Below, piece after piece: positions 1 through 7,792 of a stretch of 32,000 nt of DNA. The position numbers and the translations under genes were made by a program. Location: the NCBI GenBank assembly GCA_964426185.1, contig CAYRPF010000002.1, positions 67,283 to 99,282 of the forward strand, written 5' to 3'. Every line of letters begins with the position of its first letter. Within the stretch, counting starts at the first letter, position 1. Source of the DNA: an uncultured archaeon. Lineage in GTDB: Archaea; Asgardarchaeota; Lokiarchaeia; Sigyniarchaeales; Promethearchaeaceae. Below the pieces are notes generated by a model, which saw nothing but the letters and a program-made list of their open reading frames with translations, was not told where the DNA came from and searched no databases.

Positions 1-586
1 TATGGCGGAATTCTTCTTCATCAATATCCAAAACTTCGGCTTCTCGCAGGGGTATTTCATTATTCAAGTATTTTAACACTAATTCTGCAGCTTTTTCAGG
101 ATTGACCGCAAACACAGAAGAATGAATTTTAACCCCCCCGGGTATTCCCAAACAAGGAATTTCTAAGTCCACACTCTTACATATATCCCGTGCGGTTCCA
201 TCTCCTCCGATGAAAACCAGCAGATCTACCGGAATCACTTTCATCAATTGAGCCGCCCAAACGGTATGCTGTGCGGTAGTCTGAAAAAGTTTAGTATTTT
301 GTATTCGAGAATCTTGCAAATATTCATAAGAGAAGGGAAAATTTTTCAGAATCTGTTCGCCCATGATGCCTTGAACGGTAATAAAATGGATTTTTTCTTG
401 AATTGGTTCTAGATGTTCCAAAAATTCTTTTGCTCGTTGCGGGGATTGAATCTGCGCATGATGAAGTAGAGCCTGCTTAATTACTTCTTCACCATCAGAA
501 CCTTTCATTCCAATTTTGCCACCCAATCCTGCGATGGGGTTCAGAATAAAACCTATTTTTTTCTTGCTAAACACTGTTTGTTTCAT
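1..586 (-). CDS. ATP-NAD kinase family protein (COG3199-like), 3' end runs off the window
   Basis: Not in ORF track. Manual reverse-strand translation from ATG at 586: MKQTVFSKKKIGFILNPIAGLGGKIGMKGSDG...LLVFIGGDGTARDICK...LGIPGGVKIHSSVFAVNPE...EAEVLDIDEEEFR. The NPIAG, GGDGT and GVKxHS motifs are typical of this family. Confidence 0.85.
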   Translation of the reverse strand, partial: MKQTVFSKKKIGFILNPIAGLGGKIGMKGSDGEEVIKQALLHHAQIQSPQRAKEFLEHLEPIQEKIHFITVQGIMGEQILKNFPFSYEYLQDSRIQNTKLFQTTAQHTVWAAQLMKVIPVDLLVFIGGDGTARDICKSVDLEIPCLGIPGGVKIHSSVFAVNPEKAAELVLKYLNNEIPLREAEVLDIDEEEFRH

Positions 587-640
587 TTCCTTTTTTCCGA
601 AAATTCAAATCAATGCAATGCATACTTTTATTTGAAAATT

Positions 641-1444
641 ATGGCCATTGTTCCATTTTGGGTAGATTTTCCCCCATTCCGTCCCTTGTTTAAAGAAATT
701 TGTCAGAAGTTTGGATTCGAAATGGAACTTGAAATAGAAGCACGCAATTTTTTATATCATTATCTTCACCATTCTGATCCACAGGGGTTAGTTGAAGAAA
801 TTACCCATTCTGCGAATAGAAAAATAATTTGTTTTATTGGAGCAGGACCGAATTTGGTTTCACATATTCAGAAAATACGGCAAATGTGGAACGCTCAGCG
901 GGATCGATTCTATCTTGTGGCAGCTGATGGGAGTGCGAATGCCCTTATAAGAATTGATCTTTATCCAGATCTCGTCATTTCTGATTTTGATGGTTTATCT
1001 GTGCAGCAAATGCAATTTTTGCTACAAAAAGGGGCAATTCTATGTTTACTGGCCCATGGAGATAATTATACCCATATTGAAGGTTATCAATCTTTATTAT
1101 CATCCGATTTACGTGTGATTGGAACAACACAAGCTCCCGCGATGTATCCAATCATCAATCCTGGTGGTTTTACAGATGGAGATCGAGGGTTATTTCTAAT
1201 GCATCACCTTCTTCAATTGGATCAGCCTTTTTTTCTCTTTGGCTATGCATTCGAAGGGCCGATCGGGGCCTATTCTAAACCTAATTTCGATCAAGATATG
1301 CCGCTAACTCCTTTTAAAAATAAAAAATTGCAAGTTTGTGAACATCTCCTTCACCTTCTTTCCAGCCGTTGGCACCGACAAATTCTTTTTTTCGATGAAG
1401 ATGAAGTAGAACAAAAGATACGCTGGCTCATATTTTCTTCATGA
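641..1444 (+). CDS. mptE: 6-hydroxymethyl-7,8-dihydropterin pyrophosphokinase MptE (DUF115)
   Basis: Motifs GAGP, AADG, SDFDG, AHGDN, GTTQ and NPGGFTDGDR. Start moved to ATG 641 because the track's TTG 578 overlaps the divergent gene. Confidence 0.85.
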   Translation: MAIVPFWVDFPPFRPLFKEICQKFGFEMELEIEARNFLYHYLHHSDPQGLVEEITHSANRKIICFIGAGPNLVSHIQKIRQMWNAQRDRFYLVAADGSANALIRIDLYPDLVISDFDGLSVQQMQFLLQKGAILCLLAHGDNYTHIEGYQSLLSSDLRVIGTTQAPAMYPIINPGGFTDGDRGLFLMHHLLQLDQPFFLFGYAFEGPIGAYSKPNFDQDMPLTPFKNKKLQVCEHLLHLLSSRWHRQILFFDEDEVEQKIRWLIFSS

Positions 1445-1495
1445 ACCCACAGCTTTTTTTGATTTCGCCTCCTATTTTTATATAACGGTGGAACT

Positions 1496-1798
1496 ATGGT
1501 TGAACCAGAAGAAGATACCTCCAGTTGGAAATCATTGAAAAAAATGATTAAAAAAAGCGTTACAGAGGTAAAGAAAAAAATTAAAGAGTATTCACAAGAA
1601 GGAGAACCTGGTTTTAAAAAAATATCACCTCTTTATGGGCAAAAACGGAAAATTATTTCCGAACCTGCACCTCCAAAAGAATATAATTGTCCCTTTTGTC
1701 ATTCTCCCCTATCCGATGAATTGATAAATATTTTAAAGGAGCACAAATCTATCATTTGTGAACGCTGTGGAAGTAACCTTCAATTATCCGATTTTTAA
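1496..1798 (+). CDS. small zinc-ribbon protein, hypothetical
   Basis: CPFC...CERC pair near the C-terminus; Lys-rich N-terminal half. Confidence 0.65.
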   Translation: MVEPEEDTSSWKSLKKMIKKSVTEVKKKIKEYSQEGEPGFKKISPLYGQKRKIISEPAPPKEYNCPFCHSPLSDELINILKEHKSIICERCGSNLQLSDF

Positions 1799-1907
1799 TC
1801 GGAAAAAAAGCAATTGGTTTTTATGGAAGATTACTTTGTTTCTTGCATAAGGAGATTGCCTCCTTTTAGATGATCTCTCCTTTAAAAATAATTAAAAGTT
1901 GATTACT

Positions 1908-2258
1908 ATGAGCAAAGATAAAACTTTTGGACTGATAATTTTGCTATTAGGCTTCTTGATGATTATATTCTATATCATCTGGGCGCCAATGTCTCTTATT
2001 TACGATATGTCAAATGGCCAAAGCCTCTCAGGATTAAGTGGTCTTTATGACATCGGCTTTTTCAGCTGGAAATGGGCTTTAGTTATTCCGATGACTATTA
2101 TGGTATTACTCATTGGAGCCTTAGCCGCTTGGATTGGATATAGCATGATTTCTACTCCACCCCCAGTTCCTTTAGAAGAACTTGAAGAGGAATTAGAAGC
2201 TGAAGAAGCTGCTAACGCTGAATCTGCAGAAAATGAAGAAGAATCCTCAAACGAATAA
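1908..2258 (+). CDS. two-TM membrane protein, DPM2/PIG-P-like, acidic C-tail
   Basis: Two hydrophobic helices with D-x3-G-x13-Y-x2-W and WA-x3-P-x15-GY-x-M-x-STPP; ATG at 1908. Confidence 0.65.
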   Translation: MSKDKTFGLIILLLGFLMIIFYIIWAPMSLIYDMSNGQSLSGLSGLYDIGFFSWKWALVIPMTIMVLLIGALAAWIGYSMISTPPPVPLEELEEELEAEEAANAESAENEEESSNE

Positions 2259-2343
2259 ACTAAAATTCTAATATTGTAATTGAAGTTTTTTTTTAATAAA
2301 TTCCCAATATCTATTTTTTTTCAATTTTTCAAAATGAAGGAAA

Positions 2344-2796
2344 ATGCAGAAACATATTTACGGGCAAATTTGGGGCATTCTTCAGCTCGGTTTTTGGTTG
2401 ATTATGATTCCATGGATCTTGATTGCGATTCCAGGAGATCTTTGGGTAGATATGGTCATCAAGATGAATCCAGAGCGGGTTCCAGAAGGTGTTCAAGAAT
2501 TTTTTCAATCCCAATGGGTTGATTGGCGAACCGGTTTAGTAATACTTGGGATTTTTTATATGCTCTTAGTAAGTATTGCTTTGATTTGGGTAGGTTGGCA
2601 TAAACTTCATCCAATTTCAATGTCTTCAGATATTCCGCCTGAAAAAATTGCGATGGATCGATTTCATGCCGTTCAAAGTTTTTCAAAAGAGGCATACTTA
2701 AAACAGCTTAGGGAAAAAGCCCATATCTATCGCATGGAAGGCAAACACGGGTTATTTAAAGAGCGAAAGCGCAATAAAAAGTCAAAAAAATATTAA
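2344..2796 (+). CDS. two-TM membrane protein, paralog of upstream gene (PIG-P-like), basic C-tail
   Basis: IYG-x16-W...IPGDLW. Second helix WRTGLVILGIFYMLLVSIALIWVGW aligns without gaps to WKWALVIPMTIMVLLIGALAAWIGY of the upstream ORF. Confidence 0.6.
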   Translation: MQKHIYGQIWGILQLGFWLIMIPWILIAIPGDLWVDMVIKMNPERVPEGVQEFFQSQWVDWRTGLVILGIFYMLLVSIALIWVGWHKLHPISMSSDIPPEKIAMDRFHAVQSFSKEAYLKQLREKAHIYRMEGKHGLFKERKRNKKSKKY

Positions 2797-2833
2797 TAGC
2801 TAGTAAAATTTACTTTTTTGGTTAAATTTCCAG

Positions 2834-3619
2834 TTACTTCTCTGCGTTATTTGAATTAGAGGTATTAGGGGAATTATATCTGTTTGGATTAAATAAACGC
2901 GTAATATCTTCCTCGTCAAAGGTACCAGTATATGTTTCTTCTAAGATCACCCATTCACTGGCTGAAGGATTGATGATAGTGTGCTTTGATCCCAATGGAA
3001 TGTGAAATTCTTGCTTGGGAGATGTTTGAAGATATACCTTCGAGCCTACAATGATTATCGGGTGCCCTTGTTGAATTTTCCAGTGTTCTTCTCGAAGTTG
3101 ATGTGTCTGTAGACTAATTCCCAGACCGGGTTGCAAGAAAATGAGATTGAAACTGGGATATGTGAACTTAATGGAATACCATTTTGCTAAGATATCAGTG
3201 TATCCTGTTGGAACGGAAAATTGGGAAAGAATTTTGGAAGGATCAATTGTTTCATGGGGTTTGTTTTCCAATAAATAGGGATTATAAAGAATTTTAAAAA
3301 TTTTTCCCAATTCTTCTTTTCTTTCTTTTTTTCCTTCTCCTTTTTCATATCCACTAATTTTTACTTCCACTTCGATTGTCACTGAGGTGAGATTCATGAT
3401 CATAAAAGCCGCTTTGGGTGGAACTAGGAGCATATACCCATCTGAAACTCGAAGACCCATATGATTAATGGGGGCGATTACATCTTCGATAATGGCTAAA
3501 ATTCCACCTAAATTTTCCCAAGCGGGAGAATCTACCAAATGAATGTAAAGTTTAGTGTTTTGATCCCCATTTTGCCAAAGATTTGTTCCACGTCCAGAAG
3601 AAAGAGTCCAATATACCAT
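2834..3619 (-). CDS. mannose-6-phosphate isomerase type II-like cupin with unknown N-terminal domain
   Basis: LQPG..ISLQTHQLREEHW...IPLGSKHTIINP...ILEE...DEEDITRL matches the C-terminal PMI cupin of ManC/AlgA-type proteins. Confidence 0.75.
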   Translation of the reverse strand: MVYWTLSSGRGTNLWQNGDQNTKLYIHLVDSPAWENLGGILAIIEDVIAPINHMGLRVSDGYMLLVPPKAAFMIMNLTSVTIEVEVKISGYEKGEGKKERKEELGKIFKILYNPYLLENKPHETIDPSKILSQFSVPTGYTDILAKWYSIKFTYPSFNLIFLQPGLGISLQTHQLREEHWKIQQGHPIIIVGSKVYLQTSPKQEFHIPLGSKHTIINPSASEWVILEETYTGTFDEEDITRLFNPNRYNSPNTSNSNNAEK

Positions 3620-3678
3620 ATTATATTCCTTTATTTACTAAAATTTATATTTTTGTTAACTTTTTTGAACACGATAGC

Positions 3679-4284
3679 ATGTTAACACCCACAACCACCT
3701 CAATAATCGGTTTATTATATCTAATTTTCCGTCTCTGGCTTGATGAGATCAAGTTAGCAAAAGAACTCGATTTTCGCAGGCGATACTTGAGCCGATTTGC
3801 CAATTATTTCTTCGCAATCGCTTTGATCTATAATTTGCAGAATATGGTGTTCAATATGATCGTAATTACTTCAATGCCGGCTATTTGGGTTGCTTTTCTT
3901 CGGTGGGATATTCGCTTCTATAAACGCTTCAAAAAAGGGATTCCCGTTTCATCGATTCCTCTTGAAACAAAAGCTCAGCGTGTATGGATGATTATTGAGC
4001 GTCTAACCCTACATCCTCCCATGTTAGCCTTTGGAACCATCCCATTTTTCACGGGTTTACGGAAATTTGCATTAGGAAGTGCAAGTTCAAGTGATTTAGG
4101 CGGGCAGATATTAACCATCTTCTATGCAATGATTCTATTTTTCAGTGCCTTCTTCTTCATGGATGTACGTTGGTACAAACGTCACCGGTGGCCGACGGGT
4201 AAAATAATCTTATATGCTTTGATAGGGTCTTGTATTTTGATCTTTCCTTTCATTCTGATTCCCACATTTATTGAAATATTATAA
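3679..4284 (+). CDS. multi-pass membrane protein, hypothetical
   Basis: About 6 hydrophobic segments; ATG 3679 avoids overlap with the divergent cupin gene. Confidence 0.65.
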   Translation: MLTPTTTSIIGLLYLIFRLWLDEIKLAKELDFRRRYLSRFANYFFAIALIYNLQNMVFNMIVITSMPAIWVAFLRWDIRFYKRFKKGIPVSSIPLETKAQRVWMIIERLTLHPPMLAFGTIPFFTGLRKFALGSASSSDLGGQILTIFYAMILFFSAFFFMDVRWYKRHRWPTGKIILYALIGSCILIFPFILIPTFIEIL

Positions 4285-4358
4285 ATTGAATAAAATGAAA
4301 TAAAAATACCAAAAATTAATAATTTGAACAAAATTCAATAGAAAAGTAAAAAAAAAGA

Positions 4359-4772
4359 TTATTTTAAGGGAACAAATTGGCTTGAACGGGTAGCTCCGAC
4401 ACCCGGATTACCATGACTTACTTTTTTATTTGTAGGGGAGTACTCGCCTAAATAATGTCCAATGTGTTCTGGAGTAATTTTTACCGGAATGAACTCTAAT
4501 CCGTTATGTACCGCAATGGTTAATCCAATAAATTCTGGGAAAATAATCATGTCACGATTATGGGTGCGAACCACCATATCTCGACCATTCTTAGCAGCTT
4601 TTTTCGCCTTTTTTAATTTTCTCAAGAATTTCTTCTGTCTTCGAGGCATACCCCGCTTCAAACTGCGTCGCTGTCGGGAAGGAAGTAATTCCATAAACTG
4701 TTTCATGGACATACGCCGTAATTCATCCAGGTTTTTTCCCCGATATAAGAATTTATGTTTAGTTTCAGACAT
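4359..4772 (-). CDS. rps19p: 30S ribosomal protein uS19
   Basis: [59 protein letters not shown]. Confidence 0.97.
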   Translation of the reverse strand: MSETKHKFLYRGKNLDELRRMSMKQFMELLPSRQRRSLKRGMPRRQKKFLRKLKKAKKAAKNGRDMVVRTHNRDMIIFPEFIGLTIAVHNGLEFIPVKITPEHIGHYLGEYSPTNKKVSHGNPGVGATRSSQFVPLK

Positions 4773-4868
4773 CAAGAATCACATAATAATATCATACTTG
4801 CTATAACCATCTCAATGGGGCATAAATTAATAATTTTTTGATTTTGGAAGTGAATCTTAATTTTAGTG

Positions 4869-5489
4869 CTATTTTTGCATTCTTTTTCTCTTTATCTTTC
4901 GAATTGTCAACACAGATACTATGCCAGATGTGGCCAATAATCCCGCAATCGGGAAAACATCAATTTTTTTATTATGCTCCTCCATGTAATCTTGTAAATT
5001 AATATCAGTTAGTGAAATTAAAGTCTTGAAATTCCCAAAATTACTCTCAGACTTAACCAAAATTCCAGATTCAAGATCATAGTAATCCAAAGTCGTTTCT
5101 TCATCATAAACCCATTCTCGAATAATACATTGAAATTCTGTTCCAAGAAAAGTGATATTCTGCTTTTCATAGTTTTTATTTTCCCACTCTTGAAAAATCT
5201 CTGGGTCAACCCACATAAAGCCGGCACTTTTATTAGTGATTATTGCCGTAAGTTCTCCTACTAAATCATATTCTTCATAATCTATCCAAACGGTATTATT
5301 CTTGATTTCTTTATATGTAATTTTAATATAACTTGTGGTGGATTTAGAATTTCCCAACTCCCACCAAAAAATATCTCCTTGAGAAACTTCCAATCCGTAT
5401 CCGTATGAAAATAAGGTGCAAGCCAGCATAATAATGATCAAAAAACCACCACAAATAGTTGGTTTTTTAATGTGAAATCTCATACTCAA
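4869..5489 (-). CDS. secreted/surface protein with C-terminal membrane anchor
   Basis: N-terminal signal-like hydrophobic stretch; YYDLESGILVK motif; C-terminal IDVFPI + TM helix + basic tail. Confidence 0.65.
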   Translation of the reverse strand: MSMRFHIKKPTICGGFLIIIMLACTLFSYGYGLEVSQGDIFWWELGNSKSTTSYIKITYKEIKNNTVWIDYEEYDLVGELTAIITNKSAGFMWVDPEIFQEWENKNYEKQNITFLGTEFQCIIREWVYDEETTLDYYDLESGILVKSESNFGNFKTLISLTDINLQDYMEEHNKKIDVFPIAGLLATSGIVSVLTIRKIKRKRMQK

Positions 5490-5629
5490 TAATTTGTTTT
5501 TTTAATTTATTTATTTATCTGATGATGAAATGTTGGGTCGGTAGGTCGGTGTGTGGGGAAATATAAGAAATAAAAGAATATGAAATGAAAAAAGGAAAAA
5601 CACCATCGATCGAGGGAATATGATTGAAT

Positions 5630-6751
5630 TTATTGGATTACTACTTTACTACACGTTTTTAGGAAGGTTTCGTCAAACTCTGCACCCAATCCAGGACCGT
5701 CGGGAAGAATTACTGTCCCATTTTGATCAATTTTGTATTGTATGCCTCCAATAATGGGATCGTCTTTTAATATTAAAGCTGAATCTAAATCCACAAATTC
5801 TATATTTGGAAATGCAGAAGTGAAATGAGCAGCAGCAGTCAAACCTAAGCGAGTTTCATCAAAACACCCTATCATACAGCGAATACCTGCAGATTGTGCA
5901 ATAGTATTAATTTTCATCGCCGTAGAAATACCCCCGGATTTCATTAACTTGATATTTAGGTAATCACATGCTTCCATGTCAATCAGACGTAAAGCATCAT
6001 GATGATCAAATACTGATTCATCAGCACAAATTGGGATGGAAGATCCTTGTCTTAATTGCCGCATCCCTTTAAAATCCCACGTTGCAAGAGGTTGTTCAGA
6101 AAATAATATATTTAAAGGTTCAATTCGTTTCAATATTACTTTAGCTTGAGCCAAATCCCATCCTTGATTGCTATCTATCTTAATTTCAATATTTTCTCCA
6201 ATTGCTTTGCGAACAGCGGCAATATGTTTAACATCTTCAAATTTTGGACGACCTACCTTTAATTTTAACGATTCAAAACCGTCATCTACGATTTGCTGAG
6301 CAAGTTCAACAGTTTGTTGAACCGTTTCTTGAATTCCCACGGTTAAATCTGTGTGTAAAACCCGTTTTTCACCACCTAAAAGACTATAAACTGGAATATT
6401 TTGTACTTTTCCTAAAATATCATAAAGTGCCATATCAAATGCTGCCCGAATAGAAGAATTATAAATAAGGGAATGGTTGATTTCATTCATTCGAACTTCT
6501 ACTTCCAGAGGATTTTTACCTATTAATTGTCGCGCATAATACTTTGCAGCTTCAAAATCGGTTTCTTGGAAAGTCCCCAATATATAGGGATCAGAACTCG
6601 CTTCTCCAGTTCCAAAAATATCGGAATTAGTCAGAATTTTGATCACAACAGAACTTGCATCTTTATAATTCCCTAATGAAATGTTGAATGGGATTGAATA
6701 GTTTATATTAACTTTATATAGTTCAACAGCCCTAATTTTTAAATTTTCCAT
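5630..6751 (-). CDS. dipeptide epimerase (L-Ala-D/L-Glu epimerase-like, enolase superfamily)
   Basis: KLKVG, DSNQG, EQP, DES, NIKLMKSGG and DLD motifs; ATG 6751 (alternative TTG 6763). Confidence 0.88.
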   Translation of the reverse strand: MENLKIRAVELYKVNINYSIPFNISLGNYKDASSVVIKILTNSDIFGTGEASSDPYILGTFQETDFEAAKYYARQLIGKNPLEVEVRMNEINHSLIYNSSIRAAFDMALYDILGKVQNIPVYSLLGGEKRVLHTDLTVGIQETVQQTVELAQQIVDDGFESLKLKVGRPKFEDVKHIAAVRKAIGENIEIKIDSNQGWDLAQAKVILKRIEPLNILFSEQPLATWDFKGMRQLRQGSSIPICADESVFDHHDALRLIDMEACDYLNIKLMKSGGISTAMKINTIAQSAGIRCMIGCFDETRLGLTAAAHFTSAFPNIEFVDLDSALILKDDPIIGGIQYKIDQNGTVILPDGPGLGAEFDETFLKTCSKVVIQ

Positions 6752-6924
6752 AGATATTAGCAATATTCGATGTAAATAAAAATTTGCTATATTGAGAGTA
6801 TTTAATAATTTCTAAAATCTAAGTTTATTGTTTTTTCTTCAAAATTTATGCCGATGTTCTTGTGATCATCCTAAATTTAAACGATTTTCCTTTTTCTATA
6901 TGAGAATCTTTTCTTTTTAGAAAT

Positions 6925-6940
6925 GAAACTTTCTTAAAGC
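6925..6940 (+). promoter_or_regulatory. candidate BRE/TATA promoter for the ribosomal protein operon leader
   Basis: GAAACT-TTCTTAAAG resembles an archaeal BRE+TATA and lies ~55 nt upstream of the first hairpin. Weak evidence in AT-rich DNA. Confidence 0.3.
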
Positions 6941-6991
6941 AAAAGCATCTTAAATGGGAAAATTGGAGAAAATTCGCTTAATCATTCTATA

Positions 6992-7285
6992 AAAAGATGT
7001 CGATTTTCCAATCTGTTGGGCTGCATGCCGACAGAATCGAAAATTTATTTAATGATCGACATTTTTTAATCCTAATAAGTTGTGTTAAGGATTGATCGGG
7101 ATTGACTTTTGTTAATCATCAAGATCTTCTTTTGCACAACTCGCATTTCAAGCGCCGAGGAATGCAAAAACTCGGGCGTGAGTATGCCCCAAATCTGATA
7201 TAATCAGAATTTGGGCACCATATTCACTTTGATCACAATCGTAAATGATATTTCACGATTTTGGTTAATGGAATTAGTCAAAATC
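6992..7285 (+). ncRNA. putative structured 5' leader RNA (or independent ncRNA) upstream of rpl22
   Basis: Six consecutive stem-loops read by eye; the non-Watson-Crick stem pairs are G-U on the + strand; no ORF of 60 aa or more in the track. Confidence 0.55.
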
Positions 7286-7314
7286 TTTAAATCACAATAA
7301 AGGAACGAATCTAT

Positions 7315-7782
7315 ATGCCTAACTGGAAAATAAGTGTTCAAGGCTTGGACCCGGATCGGACAGCAATAGCGGTGGGTCGAGAACTGGATGTTTCTCCTAA
7401 AAATACCCGCGAAGTATGTAATACAATTAAAGGGATGAAACTTGAAACCGCAAAAAGTTATTTAGAAGATGTTATTTTGATGAAAAAACCGGTTCCCTTC
7501 AAACGTTATAACAAAAAAGTAGGCCATCGACATGGTCTGAAAAGATTTAAATTTGCATCCGGTCGTTTCCCTGAAAAATCCGCTCGAATGGTTTACGAAG
7601 TACTCATGAATGCCGAATCTAATGCAGAATATAAAGGATTAGATCCTGAACGATTAAAAATTACTCATTCTGCAGTCATGCGAGGACGAAAAATCAAAAA
7701 ATATATTGAACGCGCCCACGGAAGAAGTACTCCGTATTTTAGAGTGTTAACTCATATTGAAATCGTTTTAACTGAAATATAG
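7315..7782 (+). CDS. rpl22p: 50S ribosomal protein uL22
   Basis: VSPKNTREVC, PVPFKRYNKKVGHR, GRFPEK, ERAHGRST, THIEIVL. Confidence 0.97.
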   Translation: MPNWKISVQGLDPDRTAIAVGRELDVSPKNTREVCNTIKGMKLETAKSYLEDVILMKKPVPFKRYNKKVGHRHGLKRFKFASGRFPEKSARMVYEVLMNAESNAEYKGLDPERLKITHSAVMRGRKIKKYIERAHGRSTPYFRVLTHIEIVLTEI

Positions 7783-7792
7783 AGTGAAAATT

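Noticed and set aside
578-640. Extended N-terminus of mptE (likewise 3583-3678 for the membrane protein)
   Set aside because: Both overlap the starts of divergent genes; downstream ATGs give sensible starts
2280-2695. Overlapping ORFs 2280-2522, 2329-2514 and 2459-2695
   Set aside because: 2344-2796 is supported by paralogy with the upstream gene; the others have no features
4462-4806. 114-aa + strand ORF
   Set aside because: Antisense shadow of rps19
5519-5560. G-rich patch (GGTCGGTAGGTCGGT) after ATGATGA, possible C/D-box sRNA
   Set aside because: No downstream CTGA D box within a plausible distance and no convincing stem
6954-7095. Short uORFs (12 aa at 6954-6992; 32 aa at 6997-7095)
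   Set aside because: No recognisable motif or SD; expected by chance. The RNA structure explains the region better.
6992-7285. SRP RNA, RNase P RNA or SECIS as the identity of the structured region
   Set aside because: No SRP helix-8 motif (AGG...GNRA...AGCA) and no RNase P P4 consensus (GAGGAAAGUCC) seen on either strand. The region is not 3' of any gene, as a SECIS would normally be. An Rfam scan is still needed.
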